This document shows positions 40,870-52,359 of a stretch of DNA of 54,367 bases, in pieces. The notes below the pieces were generated by a model, which was not told the DNA's origin, searched no databases, and saw nothing but the letters and a program-made list of their open reading frames with translations. The translations under genes were made by a program, and so were the position numbers. The DNA is taken from assembly GCA_913057675.1 (NCBI GenBank), contig CAJXOL010000001.1:1-54367 (forward strand), read 5' to 3'. The stretch comes from an uncultured Pseudomonadota bacterium. Lineage in GTDB: Bacteria > Pseudomonadota > Gammaproteobacteria > Burkholderiales > Eutrophovitaceae. Numbering within the stretch: position 1 is the first letter of the stretch; each line of letters starts with the position of its first letter.

Positions 40870-40932
40870 GAAAAATCACCTAACAAAGCAAACTTTCAAT
40901 TATTCCAAAAAAAATATCATATATACAATGAG

Positions 40933-41505
40933 TTAAACCTTTGGCAAGGTTACTCCGGACTGACCTTGATACTTTCCACCACGGTCACGATAGGACGTTT
41001 CGCAAATGTCTTCAGCATCAGCCTGAAAAAATATCACCTGAGCTACACCTTCATTGGCATAAATTTTTGCCGGTAAAGTAGTGGTGTTCGAGAACTCCAA
41101 GGTAACAAAACCCTCCCACTCAGGCTCAAATGGTGTGACATTGACAATAACCCCACAGCGCGCGTAAGTCGATTTACCCAAACAAATCGTTAAAACATCC
41201 CGTGGGATACGAAAATATTCCACAGTCCGGGCAAGCGCGAATGAATTCGGCGGGATAATGCATACGTCACCTTGAAAATCCACAAAAGAGTCTGAATCAA
41301 AATTTTTAGGATCCACAATTGTCGAGTTAATGTTGGTGAAAATTTTAAATTCACTGGAACATCGGATATCGTATCCGTAGCTTGACGTTCCATAAGAAAC
41401 AACTCGCTCTCCATTAACAGACTTTATTTGTCCAGGCTCAAAGGGTTCGATCATCCCTTTCTCAGCAGCCATTTGGCGAATCCATCGATCAGACTTAACA
41501 CTCAT
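40933..41505 (-). CDS. dcd: dCTP deaminase
   Basis: 190 aa with [13 protein letters not shown]...MIEPFEP N-terminus and a dUTPase-like fold pattern. Confidence 0.95.
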   Translation of the reverse strand: MSVKSDRWIRQMAAEKGMIEPFEPGQIKSVNGERVVSYGTSSYGYDIRCSSEFKIFTNINSTIVDPKNFDSDSFVDFQGDVCIIPPNSFALARTVEYFRIPRDVLTICLGKSTYARCGVIVNVTPFEPEWEGFVTLEFSNTTTLPAKIYANEGVAQVIFFQADAEDICETSYRDRGGKYQGQSGVTLPKV

Positions 41506-41564
41506 TTATTTACTCCATCCCGTAACCGTACTGCAGTAAGTTTCACGACCGCAAACACTAATCC

Positions 41565-42650
41565 TTAATTATTATCTACTCGAATTTTTGGAAATGTCTG
41601 GCTGTAGTCGCGTTTTCTTTTTGCAAGCCTAAGTCCAACATCTCGAGCAATTTTTTTATATATCTCACTAGCAGGCCCATCTGGGTCAGAAACCAATGTT
41701 GGCGTTCCTGCGTCTAACGCTTGTCGGATCTTTATGTCTAGCGGCAACGCACCAAGTACATCAACGGCATAGTCTCTCGACATTTCATCTCCTCCCCCTT
41801 GCCCAAAAATGTGCTCAATATGGCCGCACTGGGAACATACATGAACACTCATATTCTCGATAATGCCCAATATCGGCACATGAACCTTTTCGAACATCTT
41901 CAACGCCTTCCTGGCATCAATTAACGCAATGTCCTGAGGCGTGGTGACAATAACAACTCCTGTCAGAGGTACTTTTTGAGACAAGGTCAACTGAATATCC
42001 CCAGTGCCCGGTGGCAAATCAATCAATAAATAATCCAAATTGGACCACATTGTGTCTCTTAACAACTGCTCAAGTGCTTGAGAAACCATAGGTCCTCGCC
42101 ATACCATCGGTTGATCGACATCAACCAACGCTCCAATCGACATGGCTTGTACGCCATAGGCCTCCATTGGAGATATGGTCTTACCATCAGCAGATTCAGG
42201 TCTGCCCTTAAGCCCCAGCATGACTTGTTGAGAGGGACCGTAAATATCAGCATCTAAAACCCCAACTCGCGCTCCTTCAGAAGCTAAAGCAAGGGCAAGG
42301 TTTGTTGTTGTGGTCGATTTACCAACCCCCCCCTTACCTGACGCAATTGCGATAACATTGCGCACGTTTGGGAGCAACTTCAATCCAGATTGAGCAGCGT
42401 GCGCAACAATCCTTAGCTCAAAAATTACCTCGATTTGCTTGTCACCTACAAGTGCACCCAGGCACTTTACGATCTGCTGAGAGAGCGTTGACTCAAAACT
42501 TTTCATGGGATAACCCACAACAAGCGTAATTTTAATCAGTGATTCATCAGTTTCAACGACTACTTTCTCGCCACATCGACTAATCACCTCACCCGTGGCA
42601 GGGTTTTGAATTTTTAAAACTTCTTCTTTAATAGCTTCGTTAGTTATCAT
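41565..42650 (-). CDS. apbC: Fe-S cluster carrier ATPase ApbC/Mrp
   Basis: 361 aa with deviant Walker A SGKGGVGKSTT and CSQCGH cysteine pair. Divergent from metG, as in E. coli (mrp-metG). Confidence 0.9.
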   Translation of the reverse strand: MITNEAIKEEVLKIQNPATGEVISRCGEKVVVETDESLIKITLVVGYPMKSFESTLSQQIVKCLGALVGDKQIEVIFELRIVAHAAQSGLKLLPNVRNVIAIASGKGGVGKSTTTTNLALALASEGARVGVLDADIYGPSQQVMLGLKGRPESADGKTISPMEAYGVQAMSIGALVDVDQPMVWRGPMVSQALEQLLRDTMWSNLDYLLIDLPPGTGDIQLTLSQKVPLTGVVIVTTPQDIALIDARKALKMFEKVHVPILGIIENMSVHVCSQCGHIEHIFGQGGGDEMSRDYAVDVLGALPLDIKIRQALDAGTPTLVSDPDGPASEIYKKIARDVGLRLAKRKRDYSQTFPKIRVDNN

Positions 42651-42779
42651 TATGATTTACACTCACTTTCTTTAACGCCCATTCTAACCAAAACCTAGTC
42701 AATGTTGTACGCCCTTTGCCTCTTGATTTGCTAAAATCCTAGAGTTAATGACTAAGAATCGTAACTAAGACACAAAAAA

Positions 42780-44873
42780 ATGACTAGAAGAATCCTTGTT
42801 ACATCAGCCCTCCCATACGCGAATGGCAGCATTCACCTTGGTCACTTAGTCGAGTATATTCAAACAGACATTTGGGTTCGAGCCCAAAAGATGTTGGGGC
42901 ACGAGGTGCATTACGTATGTGCCGACGATACCCACGGCACCCCCGTAATGTTAAGAGCGGAGCAAGAGAAAATTTCCCCCGAGCAATTGATAGAAAGAGT
43001 GCATCAGGAGCACTCTTCAGATTTCAATGACTTTGGCATCAGCTTTGACAACTACTACACTACTAACTCACCTGAGAATCAGGAGCTTTGCGAAAACATA
43101 TTCAACTCATTATCCGAGGCCGGACTAATTGCGGAAAAAGAGGTCGAACAATTCTACGACCCAATCAAAAAAATGTTTCTTCCTGATCGATATGTCAAAG
43201 GGACCTGTCCAAAGTGTAGCGCTTCCGATCAATATGGAGATTCTTGTGAGGTCTGCGGCACAACATATTCTCCCACAGAACTAATCGCCCCTTATTCAAC
43301 TATTTCTGGTGCGAAACCAGATCGAAAAACATCCACTCACCTATTTTTCAAACTCTCGGATGCGCGTTGCGAAGAATTTTTAAGGGAATTCACGCAAAAT
43401 ACTCATAGACTGCAGCCAGAAGCCGCCAATAAAATGAAAGAATGGCTTGGTGACGCGAACCAAAGTAAGTTATCTGACTGGGATATTTCTAGAGACGCTC
43501 CGTACTTTGGCTTTCCAATACCAGGAACAAATCAAACTAAATTCTTTTATGTTTGGCTCGATGCGCCTGTGGGATATTTTGGCAGTTTTCTAAACTACCT
43601 TTCAAATCACAGGCCTGAAGAAAAAACGAATTTGACACGTGACTTTCTTAAGCCAGGGGGGGATACCGAACTCATACACTTCATCGGCAAAGATATTCTT
43701 TATTTCCATGCGCTCTTTTTTCCGGCCGTACTCGAGTTCTCCGGGTTCAGGACTCCTACGAAGATATATGCGCATGGATTCCTGACCGTAAATGGACAGA
43801 AAATGTCGAAATCTCGCGGAACATTCATCACCGCTAGGAGCTTCTTGGAAAGCGGTCTCGAACCAGAATGGCTCCGTTATTATTACGCAGCTAAACTTAA
43901 CGCCTCGATGGAAGATATTGACCTTAATCTGACTGATTTTATGGCACGGGTTAATAGTGATCTAATCGGTAAGTACATAAATATTGCTAGCCGCGCTGCA
44001 AACTTTCTCACCAAAAAATTCGATGGCCACCTAAGCGATATCTCGCTGGATGGGCACGAGATATTGCAATATTTTTTCAGCCGATCAAAGACTATTGCTG
44101 ATTCGTATGAAGCACGTGAATACAGCAAGGGAATTAGAGAGATTATGTCACTTGCGGACCGAGCAAATAGTTACATTGATGGGCAAAAACCCTGGGAGTT
44201 AGCCAAATCAGAATCTAAACTCAAAGAGCTTCAATCGGTATGTTCAGTATCAATTAATTTATTCAAAATACTTACTGTCTATCTGAAACCTGCACTACCA
44301 AAGGTCGCAAGTGCGGTCGAAAAATTCCTTAACGTTAAGGAACTTCAATGGTCTGATAGCGAGAAGAGTCTTCCCCCAAAACACCAGATCAATGCCTATA
44401 ACCATTTAATGGGCCGTATCGATCCTAAACTGATTGAGAAACTAATTGCCTTAAATGTTCAAGAACCTGCTGATGTCACATCTCAATCAACAAAGAAAAA
44501 TAAAATAGCTGATAACAATACAAAAGAGGTCGAGAACGAAGGGCCTAATGAAATTACGATTGATGCATTTAACAGTATAGATCTCCGAGTCGGGAAGATT
44601 GTTAAGGCAGAACACGTTGAGGGTGCAGATAAACTAGTACGCCTAAAAATTGACCTCGGCACGGAACAACGACAAATCCTTGCGGGAATCAAATCAGATT
44701 ACAACCCGGAGGACCTACAACATAAGCTCGTCGTTGTGGTTGCAAATTTAAAGGCCAGAAAAATGCGTTTTGGCGAATCGCAAGGCATGGTCCTAGCAGC
44801 GAGTGGAGAAGAATCAGGAATTTTTTTAATTTCTCCCGAGTCAGGAGCGGTTCCAGGTATGCGGGTTAAGTAA
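42780..44873 (+). CDS. metG: Methionine--tRNA ligase with C-terminal tRNA-binding (Trbp111/EMAPII-like) domain
   Basis: 697 aa with HIGH-type ANGSIHLGH, zinc knuckles CPKC...CEVCG and KMSKS (GQKMSKSRG). C-terminal [28 protein letters not shown] is also present. Confidence 0.97.
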   Translation: MTRRILVTSALPYANGSIHLGHLVEYIQTDIWVRAQKMLGHEVHYVCADDTHGTPVMLRAEQEKISPEQLIERVHQEHSSDFNDFGISFDNYYTTNSPENQELCENIFNSLSEAGLIAEKEVEQFYDPIKKMFLPDRYVKGTCPKCSASDQYGDSCEVCGTTYSPTELIAPYSTISGAKPDRKTSTHLFFKLSDARCEEFLREFTQNTHRLQPEAANKMKEWLGDANQSKLSDWDISRDAPYFGFPIPGTNQTKFFYVWLDAPVGYFGSFLNYLSNHRPEEKTNLTRDFLKPGGDTELIHFIGKDILYFHALFFPAVLEFSGFRTPTKIYAHGFLTVNGQKMSKSRGTFITARSFLESGLEPEWLRYYYAAKLNASMEDIDLNLTDFMARVNSDLIGKYINIASRAANFLTKKFDGHLSDISLDGHEILQYFFSRSKTIADSYEAREYSKGIREIMSLADRANSYIDGQKPWELAKSESKLKELQSVCSVSINLFKILTVYLKPALPKVASAVEKFLNVKELQWSDSEKSLPPKHQINAYNHLMGRIDPKLIEKLIALNVQEPADVTSQSTKKNKIADNNTKEVENEGPNEITIDAFNSIDLRVGKIVKAEHVEGADKLVRLKIDLGTEQRQILAGIKSDYNPEDLQHKLVVVVANLKARKMRFGESQGMVLAASGEESGIFLISPESGAVPGMRVK

Positions 44874-44884
44874 ATCGACGGGTC

Positions 44885-47800
44885 CTAATATTGAAGACTA
44901 ACCGCTTCCGGGCTCAACCATTCACCCAACTCACTAAACAAGGAGTCTTCTGGTCGAATGCGCCATTCTTCTCCCAGATCAATTTCAGCGTCGCCACTCG
45001 GCCCTTGATATAAGACTCTTACCGGAATAGAGCCGTCACGATACTGAGCAAGAATTTTTTTAAGTTGATTTGCGTCAGCGCCTCGATCTACACGTAACTT
45101 TAGAAGCTTACCAAATCGCTCTCTTACGGACGCCAAACTAAAAACATTTTCTGCCGCAATTCTAGAAACAATAGATACCTCATTCAACTCCGACCCTCGA
45201 CGATAGGAGCGGATCTTCGCTTCGAAAACCACGATTGCATCTTCTTTTACAAGATCCCTAAATCTATCTAAGAACTCATCATAAAGCACCACTTCTGCGG
45301 AATCATAACCATCCGAAATCGTCACAATCATCATTCTTCCATTGCTGGTCTTTTGTATACGGGTCGAATCTACAACTCCAGCAAGCAGCATTTGGCGAAC
45401 ACCCTCACCTGGAGCAGGAACGGAAATTGCATTAAGACGGCTGGACACAACTAAGGATAGTTCTTGCTCAAAACTCTTAAAGGGATGACCGCTGTAATAG
45501 AAACCTAAAGCCATTTTCTCATTTTGAAGTTGCTCATAATCAGCCCAAGGACGTGCCTCAGTCATTGCGGCCTCAAACACAGACACAACGTCATCATCAA
45601 ACAAACTTCCCTGAGAAAGATCTCTATCTTTTTGCTCAGCTGCTGTTATGGCAGAGTGGACTGACGCCAGCAACCTTGCCCGACTATCATCCAAACTATC
45701 AAACGCACCAGCTCTTATTAAAGACTCAACACTACGCTTATTAACGACTCGCCTATCAACCCGGCAACAAAAATCAAAGAAGTTTTCAAATGCACCATTG
45801 GCTCGAACATGGAGTATATGTTCAATAGCTGACTCACCTGCCCCCCTAATCCCACCTAGACCGTACCGTATACGCGTGTCTGATGTTGGCACGAAACGAT
45901 ACTCCGACTCATGAATATCTGGCGGCAAAAGTGTTAAATTATTTTTGATACAGTCTCCGCACAAATGTTGTATTCGATCAGTATCGTCCATAGAGGCAGA
46001 CATGTTCGCTGCCATAAATGCAGAAATATAGTGACATTTAAACCAAGCCGTTTGATACGCAATTAACGCGTACGCCGCCGCATGCGATTTGTTAAACCCA
46101 TACCCAGCAAACTTTTCCATCAAATCAAAGATTTCATTCGACTTAGCTTCACTCAGCCCGTTGTTCTTTGAACCCTCCAAAAATAATTGACGATGTTGTG
46201 CCATCTCTTCTGGTTTTTTCTTACCCATAGCGCGACGCAAAAGATCGGCTCCACCAAGAGAGTATCCCCCGATGATCTGAGCCATTTGCATTACTTGCTC
46301 TTGGTAAACCATAATTCCATAGGTCTCCTCCAAGATGGCTTTGACTCGCTCATCAGGGAAATTAACCTGCTGACGACCATGTTTTCTCTCAACAAAATCC
46401 GGAATCAAGTCCATCGGGCCTGGTCGAAAGAGTGCGACTAAAGCAACAATATCTTCAAAGCGGTCTGGTTGCGCTCTTTCAATTAAATCTCTCATACCTC
46501 GAGATTCAAACTGAAAAACAGCAGCACTATTTCCACTAGAAAAGATGCGATAGGTCGCCAGATCATCAAGCGGTATTTCGGCCAAATCAATGACCTTATC
46601 CGGATCTAACTTCCTAATAAATTTCAGAGTCCAATCAATAACTGTCAGCGTGGTTAAACCAAGAAAATCAAACTTAACCAAACCGATATGCTCAACATCA
46701 TCTTTATCGAGCTGAGAAATAACGCTGTGCGAACCATCAGCCGAATACAACGGGCAGAAATCGCTAAGCGCTGAAGGTGCAATCAAAACTCCTCCAGCGT
46801 GCATTCCTACGTTTCGGGTAATACCCTCCAGTTGCCTCGCTAACGCAAGAAGCTCTCGAGTCTCCTCATCAGAGTCTTCTCTTTCTTTGAAACGGGGCTC
46901 CATTTCCCTCGCAAGATCCAACGTGATGAGCTGCCCTGGTTGAAATGGAATTAACTTTGCAAGCTCATCAGCTCGACCGTAACTCCACTCCATAACTCGA
47001 GCCACGTCTCTCACAACAGCCTTTGCTGCCATTGTTCCAAACGTCACAATTTGTGACACTGATTCTGACCCATACTTTTCGCGAACATAATCAATGACAC
47101 GGTCTCGTCCATCTTGACAAAAATCAATATCAAAATCTGGCATTGATACCCGCTCTGGGTTTAAGAAGCGCTCAAAGAGCAAGTTATATTGAATGGGGTC
47201 TAAATCAGTAATACCAAGGGAAAATGCAACCAGGGAGCCGGCACCAGATCCTCGACCGGGACCAACGGGCACATCGTTATTCTTCGCCCAATTGATAAAG
47301 TCAGCGACAATCAGAAAGTATCCCGCAAAACCCATATTTACAATCGTATCAATCTCAAATTTCAATCTGTCTCGATACGCTGCAGTATCACTTATGTTCG
47401 TACTATCCTCGGCAAGTACGCATCTCATGCGTTTGTCTAACCCATCAGAAGCTTGCTCCTCCAAAAATTGTTCCAATGACATCCCAGAAGGTGTGGGAAA
47501 ATTAGGTAGTTGCGGATTACCTAAATCAAGCTCCAATGAACATCGCCGAGCAATTTCTAAAGCATTTTCAATTGCACCAGGCAAATCCGAAAAAAGCTCG
47601 CACATCTGCGCTGTAGATTTAAAATACTGCTCCTCATTAAAGGGTCTAGGTCTACTCTGATCGGCGAGCAAAAGCCCCTCTGCAATACAATATCTAGCTT
47701 CATGAGCCATAAATTCTGTTTGCGCCAAAAACTCCACTGGATGAGTTGCCACTACCGGAATACTTTCTTGCTTCGCTAACCGCAATACGGCAACCTCTAG

Positions 47801-48340
47801 AGCACCTCCAGCCTCGCCATTTGATCTTTGTATTTCGAGATAATAACGCCCATCAAACAACGTGCTCCACTGCTTAACCTTCTGAGTAGCCTCAGCGATG
47901 TCTCCATTCATTAATGACTGCTCAACATCCCCCTTCTTCCAACCCGATAGGGCAATGAGCCCTCTAGACCCTTCGGCTTTAATCCACTCACTTTGAATAG
48001 CCGGTTGAGCGGCTCTATCATTGCCGACATAAGCACGTGTTAACCAACGGCTCAACCTCAAATACCCCTCAGTGTTCTGAACTAAGAGTAATAAACGTAC
48101 AGGAGCTTTACCTGTGGGCGTCAACACCGCCACATCACAGCCTATTATTGGTTTGAGACCCCGCTTCCTGGCTGCACGATAAAATTTAACGACTCCAAAT
48201 AAGTTATCAAGATCTGTAAGTGCGACCGAGGGCATACCATACTCAAGAGCGCGGTCACATAACTCAGGTATACGAACCATGCCCTGAGTAATGGAATATT
48301 CACTGTGCGTTCTTAAATGTACAAATTGAGAAATGGTCAT
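44885..48340 (-). CDS. dnaE: DNA polymerase III alpha subunit
   Basis: The PHP-domain N-terminus MTISQFVHLRTHSEYS starts at the ATG at 48340, and the ORF track adds 21 residues. GFNKSHAAAYA motif and a C-terminal OB fold are present. Confidence 0.97.
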   Translation of the reverse strand: MTISQFVHLRTHSEYSITQGMVRIPELCDRALEYGMPSVALTDLDNLFGVVKFYRAARKRGLKPIIGCDVAVLTPTGKAPVRLLLLVQNTEGYLRLSRWLTRAYVGNDRAAQPAIQSEWIKAEGSRGLIALSGWKKGDVEQSLMNGDIAEATQKVKQWSTLFDGRYYLEIQRSNGEAGGALEVAVLRLAKQESIPVVATHPVEFLAQTEFMAHEARYCIAEGLLLADQSRPRPFNEEQYFKSTAQMCELFSDLPGAIENALEIARRCSLELDLGNPQLPNFPTPSGMSLEQFLEEQASDGLDKRMRCVLAEDSTNISDTAAYRDRLKFEIDTIVNMGFAGYFLIVADFINWAKNNDVPVGPGRGSGAGSLVAFSLGITDLDPIQYNLLFERFLNPERVSMPDFDIDFCQDGRDRVIDYVREKYGSESVSQIVTFGTMAAKAVVRDVARVMEWSYGRADELAKLIPFQPGQLITLDLAREMEPRFKEREDSDEETRELLALARQLEGITRNVGMHAGGVLIAPSALSDFCPLYSADGSHSVISQLDKDDVEHIGLVKFDFLGLTTLTVIDWTLKFIRKLDPDKVIDLAEIPLDDLATYRIFSSGNSAAVFQFESRGMRDLIERAQPDRFEDIVALVALFRPGPMDLIPDFVERKHGRQQVNFPDERVKAILEETYGIMVYQEQVMQMAQIIGGYSLGGADLLRRAMGKKKPEEMAQHRQLFLEGSKNNGLSEAKSNEIFDLMEKFAGYGFNKSHAAAYALIAYQTAWFKCHYISAFMAANMSASMDDTDRIQHLCGDCIKNNLTLLPPDIHESEYRFVPTSDTRIRYGLGGIRGAGESAIEHILHVRANGAFENFFDFCCRVDRRVVNKRSVESLIRAGAFDSLDDSRARLLASVHSAITAAEQKDRDLSQGSLFDDDVVSVFEAAMTEARPWADYEQLQNEKMALGFYYSGHPFKSFEQELSLVVSSRLNAISVPAPGEGVRQMLLAGVVDSTRIQKTSNGRMMIVTISDGYDSAEVVLYDEFLDRFRDLVKEDAIVVFEAKIRSYRRGSELNEVSIVSRIAAENVFSLASVRERFGKLLKLRVDRGADANQLKKILAQYRDGSIPVRVLYQGPSGDAEIDLGEEWRIRPEDSLFSELGEWLSPEAVSLQY

Positions 48341-48426
48341 GCCATTATTGTACGATGTGTACCGGTATGAGATCCAATGCTTGAAAAATACTCTTTTAAA
48401 CATTCACCCATGAACAAGGCAGACCA

Positions 48427-49293
48427 TTGCAATCAGCATCAAAAAGCCAATTTTTAGATATAAACGGGTTACGACATCATATTAGAACCTGGGGCGATCC
48501 AAGATCTAGGCATCTATATTTGCTGCATGGATGGATGGATATGTCCGCCTCCTTTAAATTTACAGTGAATGAGCTCTCCAAAGACTGGTTCATCATCGCT
48601 CCGGATTGGAGAGGTTTTGGTCTTAGCGACTGGGCCTCAGAAGGCTATTGGTTCCCAGATTATGTTGCCGATCTGTCAGGAATCATCAATGCTTTTTCAC
48701 CTGACGCTCACATTAATCTGGTAGGACATAGTATGGGAGGAAACATTGCTGGCTTATACACCGGCGTCTATCCAGAGAGAGTTCAGAAGCTCATCTTAGC
48801 CGAAGGTTTTGGTATGCCACCTTTAGATGCGAGTGAAGCCCCTAATCGCCTGAAAATATGGCTTGAACAAAAGAAAAAACTTCCTTCTCTAAAACCATAT
48901 AATTCGCTCGAAGAGGTAGCACAAAGGCTCATCAAGAACACCCCCGCGCTAACGGAGCATCGGGCATTATTTCTAGCGGAACACTGGTCTGAGAAACAAT
49001 CCAATGGGAAATTCACCCTTCGAGCAGACCCTAAGCATAAAATGATTAACCCGATACTTTATCGGTCAGCCGAGGCATCGTTTTTTTGGAAGCGCATCTC
49101 CTGCCCAACACTTTGGTTGCACAGCGATAGCGGCTGGCTTCGTCGCTTCATGAAGGATGATTACGCAACAATCGATGAGTATCGATCAAACTATCCAAAT
49201 CTAATTGAGAAGACTATTACTGAATCGTCGCACATGATGCATCACGTTCAGCCCAAAAAGTTTGCTTTAGCCATTGAATCATTCATTAACTGA
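48427..49293 (+). CDS. Alpha/beta-fold hydrolase, unknown substrate
   Basis: 288 aa with a TTG start. Has HGW oxyanion region (LLHGWMD), nucleophile elbow GHSMGG and a C-terminal His (SSHMMHH). Confidence 0.75.
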   Translation: MQSASKSQFLDINGLRHHIRTWGDPRSRHLYLLHGWMDMSASFKFTVNELSKDWFIIAPDWRGFGLSDWASEGYWFPDYVADLSGIINAFSPDAHINLVGHSMGGNIAGLYTGVYPERVQKLILAEGFGMPPLDASEAPNRLKIWLEQKKKLPSLKPYNSLEEVAQRLIKNTPALTEHRALFLAEHWSEKQSNGKFTLRADPKHKMINPILYRSAEASFFWKRISCPTLWLHSDSGWLRRFMKDDYATIDEYRSNYPNLIEKTITESSHMMHHVQPKKFALAIESFIN

Positions 49294-49308
49294 CTTTTTT
49301 CCGTATAA

Positions 49309-50493
49309 CTATTGTTGCTCGATTTTTCTAAAAAATACCAAACCGCGCCACACAGTAACAAAACCTAGAGCTAAAAATCCCCAGACATAGCTCTCTGTTA
49401 CCGAATGAATGAACCAAAATAAGACTGGCAACAAAACAACACCTGAGTAGGTCATCGCGAGGGATGCTCCAGTTGCTGTTCCAGCTTGACCTGCTGGAGC
49501 GATTCGAGCGACTTCAGCGAGATAAACCCCATTCCATCCGACAGCAGACGCGCCAAAGAAAAAAGAAAAAATATAGATAACGGTTATCGGGAAGGATGCG
49601 TGCACGAAACACATGGCGCCTGCTGATACACCCATTAATAACCCAAGAACACCTAAAACCGAACGCGGTGAGACTCCATAATCAGCAAGCCCCCCCCAAA
49701 ACAAGCGGCCAAAGATACCAGCAATCATTGCGATTGAAAGAGCCGACCCAGCAACTGAGACTGTAAGTAGAGCCTTCTCAGTTAACATAACAACCAGATA
49801 CGAGCCCAAACTCATCTGCATACCAGAAAAAGCAAAAGATGATATGGCTAGCTCACGCAACTTGGCATGCGAAAATACAAAACGCAGCGGTTTTAGTAGG
49901 CTAGGTGATGACAACTGATGTACGGCATTAAAAGGTTGTCGATCAACCTTTTTCTGAATGATTTGAGCCAACAAGATAACTACCAAACCGATCCAACCAA
50001 TAATGATTGAGGTCTCTCTCCAGCCAAATCGATACATTAAATATGGCACGAGAGCGCCCGCAATCGCCCCGCCGATTGGCACTCCTGACTGTTTGATTGA
50101 AAAAATCAAGGAGCGCATATTCTTAGGAGCTTGATCAGCGAGCACCGTTGATGACGAAGGCGTTACCGCACCATAACCTAACCCAACAACAAGTGCGCCC
50201 AAAGCAATGATTAACACGTCCCCCGTTGACATTAAGGCGATACCTAGAGAGGTGAACAGCACACACAACTGACTCACTCGTATCGCACCAAGGCGGCTAA
50301 TTAGTACACCAGAAAATAACGCAGATGGAACTGCTGACAGGTAGATCAAAGCCGTTACAAGACCAACTGATGCCGCATTTACCCCAACGTCCCCCTGAGC
50401 TACAGGCGCCAAGATTGGCGGCGTAAAAACAACTAAAGAAGCCTGAATTTGAACTGCCAAAGTAACTAATAAAGAGGCTATAAAAAGAGACAT
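49309..50493 (-). CDS. MFS transporter, unknown substrate
   Basis: 394 aa, strongly hydrophobic, with about 11-12 predicted TM helices and a central loop (KKVDRQPFNAVHQLSSPS). Confidence 0.7.
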   Translation of the reverse strand: MSLFIASLLVTLAVQIQASLVVFTPPILAPVAQGDVGVNAASVGLVTALIYLSAVPSALFSGVLISRLGAIRVSQLCVLFTSLGIALMSTGDVLIIALGALVVGLGYGAVTPSSSTVLADQAPKNMRSLIFSIKQSGVPIGGAIAGALVPYLMYRFGWRETSIIIGWIGLVVILLAQIIQKKVDRQPFNAVHQLSSPSLLKPLRFVFSHAKLRELAISSFAFSGMQMSLGSYLVVMLTEKALLTVSVAGSALSIAMIAGIFGRLFWGGLADYGVSPRSVLGVLGLLMGVSAGAMCFVHASFPITVIYIFSFFFGASAVGWNGVYLAEVARIAPAGQAGTATGASLAMTYSGVVLLPVLFWFIHSVTESYVWGFLALGFVTVWRGLVFFRKIEQQ

Positions 50494-50563
50494 ACGTACA
50501 ATTTAGGTCAAATTATGGGCCTCAGGACTAACGCCATAGAGGTATTGCTAACGTCCCAAAAAA

Positions 50564-51856
50564 TCAAGAGGCCACGGTAGATTTACGTAAAGCTTGATCA
50601 AGGTCCCAAAGGATATCGTCTATATCTTCAATACCAACAGACAGTCGAATCATGTCTGGAGATATACCTGCTTTAAGTTGATCTTCCTCAGACAACTGCC
50701 TGTGTGTCGTTGAGGCAGGATGAATGACAAGCGACTTTGCGTCACCCACGTTAGCCAGATGTGAAAAAAACTCAAGCGCCTCGATAAATTGCTCACCAGA
50801 CCTAAGGCCACCTTTAATACCAAACGTCATTATCGACCCACAACCTTTAGGCATGTATTTTTTACCAAGCGCGGCATAAGGACTTTTAGCCAAACCTGGA
50901 AAATTCACCCAAGAAACACAATCATGAGACTCAAGGAAATTTGCCACCGCAAGGGCATTGGAAACGTGACGATCCATACGTACATGCAACGTCTCCAGTC
51001 CCTGCAAAAGAAGCCACGCGCTCATGGGCGACAGAGAGGGGCCGAGCGTCCTTAGAGTTTCCATTCTAGCCTTCATCGTGAAACCAAAATCGCCAAAAGT
51101 TTCATAAAAACGAACACCGTGGTACCCCTCAGATGGCTCTGTCATAGAAGGGAAATTACCATTATCCCAAGGAAAATTTCCGGACTCGACAATTACGCCG
51201 CCCATTGTCGTACCATGGCCTCCAATAAATTTTGTGGCAGATTGCACCACAATATCTGCTCCATGCTTAATTGGCTGGCACAAATAAGGTGACGCAAATG
51301 TATTGTCGATCACTAAAGGTATTCCAGCCTCATGTGCGATATCAGCTACCGCCCTAATATCCAGAACATTTACCTGAGGGTTCCCCATGGTCTCAGCATA
51401 TATTGCTTTAGTTTTAGGAGTGATCGCTGCCTTAAAATTCTGAGGGTCGTTAGGATCAACAAAAATCGTATTGATTCCAAAACGCCTAAACGTAACATCA
51501 AATTGAGAATATGTTCCGCCGTATAAAGTACTCGCAGAGACCAACTCGTCTCCCTCGCCGAGTAACGTGAGAATCGCACACATTTGCGCCGCCTGACCCG
51601 AGCTCACCGCAAGCGCGGCTCTTCCTCCCTCAAGTGCAGCCACACGCTCTTCTAAAACTGAAACAGTTGGGTTGGACAGTCTAGAGTAAACGTTACCAAA
51701 CGTTTGTAAGTTGAATAGACTAGCCGCGTGCTCTGCGGAATCAAAAACGTAGGAAGTGGTTTGATATATCGGAGCAGCCCTTGATCCGGTTACCGCATCT
51801 GGGATTTGGCCTGCATGCAAACAAAGGGTTCCCACCCCATACTCTCGGTCCGCCAT
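50564..51856 (-). CDS. metY: O-acetylhomoserine (thiol)-lyase / sulfhydrylase
   Basis: 430 aa Cys/Met-metabolism PLP enzyme with [26 protein letters not shown] and PLP-lysine motif [10 protein letters not shown]. Length and N-terminus fit MetY rather than MetB/MetZ. Confidence 0.88.
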   Translation of the reverse strand: MADREYGVGTLCLHAGQIPDAVTGSRAAPIYQTTSYVFDSAEHAASLFNLQTFGNVYSRLSNPTVSVLEERVAALEGGRAALAVSSGQAAQMCAILTLLGEGDELVSASTLYGGTYSQFDVTFRRFGINTIFVDPNDPQNFKAAITPKTKAIYAETMGNPQVNVLDIRAVADIAHEAGIPLVIDNTFASPYLCQPIKHGADIVVQSATKFIGGHGTTMGGVIVESGNFPWDNGNFPSMTEPSEGYHGVRFYETFGDFGFTMKARMETLRTLGPSLSPMSAWLLLQGLETLHVRMDRHVSNALAVANFLESHDCVSWVNFPGLAKSPYAALGKKYMPKGCGSIMTFGIKGGLRSGEQFIEALEFFSHLANVGDAKSLVIHPASTTHRQLSEEDQLKAGISPDMIRLSVGIEDIDDILWDLDQALRKSTVAS

Positions 51857-51876
51857 TATTTAATCTTCCTCATTAT

Positions 51877-52359
51877 TTAGGGTAACCATCTAGGACGCTT
51901 AGAGGAGATCACCTTGGTATTAACGCCCACCCAATTAAGACCTCCAAATAATCTTGCGTGTTCAATCTTGACACAGCGGTCGTGAACATAAGTAATCCCA
52001 GCCGTTTCGGCGATACGACTAGCCGACTCATTCTTCACACCAATCTGCAGCCACAGCACTTTGGCTTGTATCGTTACTGCTTGCAGCGCAATTGGTTGGA
52101 TATCTTCACTCTTTCTGAAACAATCCACCATATCAACGGAGTCTGGGATATCCAGGAGAGAGCCATAACATCGTTCACCTAGAAGCTCCTGCCCCTCATA
52201 AGCAGGGTTAACCGGAATAATCTTGTAACCATGCTCTTGCATATATTTAGCGGCGAAATAACTTGGCCTGTACCAGTTTGCTGACAACCCAACGACCGCA
52301 ATAGTCTTAGACTCTGTCAAAATTTGCCTTAGCGCGTTTATGCTGTGATCGTCACTCAT
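51877..52359 (-). CDS. CoA-binding domain protein (YccU/YneT-like)
   Basis: 160 aa with Rossmann-like TIAVVGLSANWYRPSYF...GYKIIPVNP pattern. Lies 20 nt upstream of metY. Confidence 0.75.
   Translation of the reverse strand: MSDDHSINALRQILTESKTIAVVGLSANWYRPSYFAAKYMQEHGYKIIPVNPAYEGQELLGERCYGSLLDIPDSVDMVDCFRKSEDIQPIALQAVTIQAKVLWLQIGVKNESASRIAETAGITYVHDRCVKIEHARLFGGLNWVGVNTKVISSKRPRWLP

Noticed and set aside
47193-47660. 155-aa ORF antisense to dnaE
   Set aside because: Same reasoning: it is embedded opposite conserved dnaE sequence and has a low-complexity translation.
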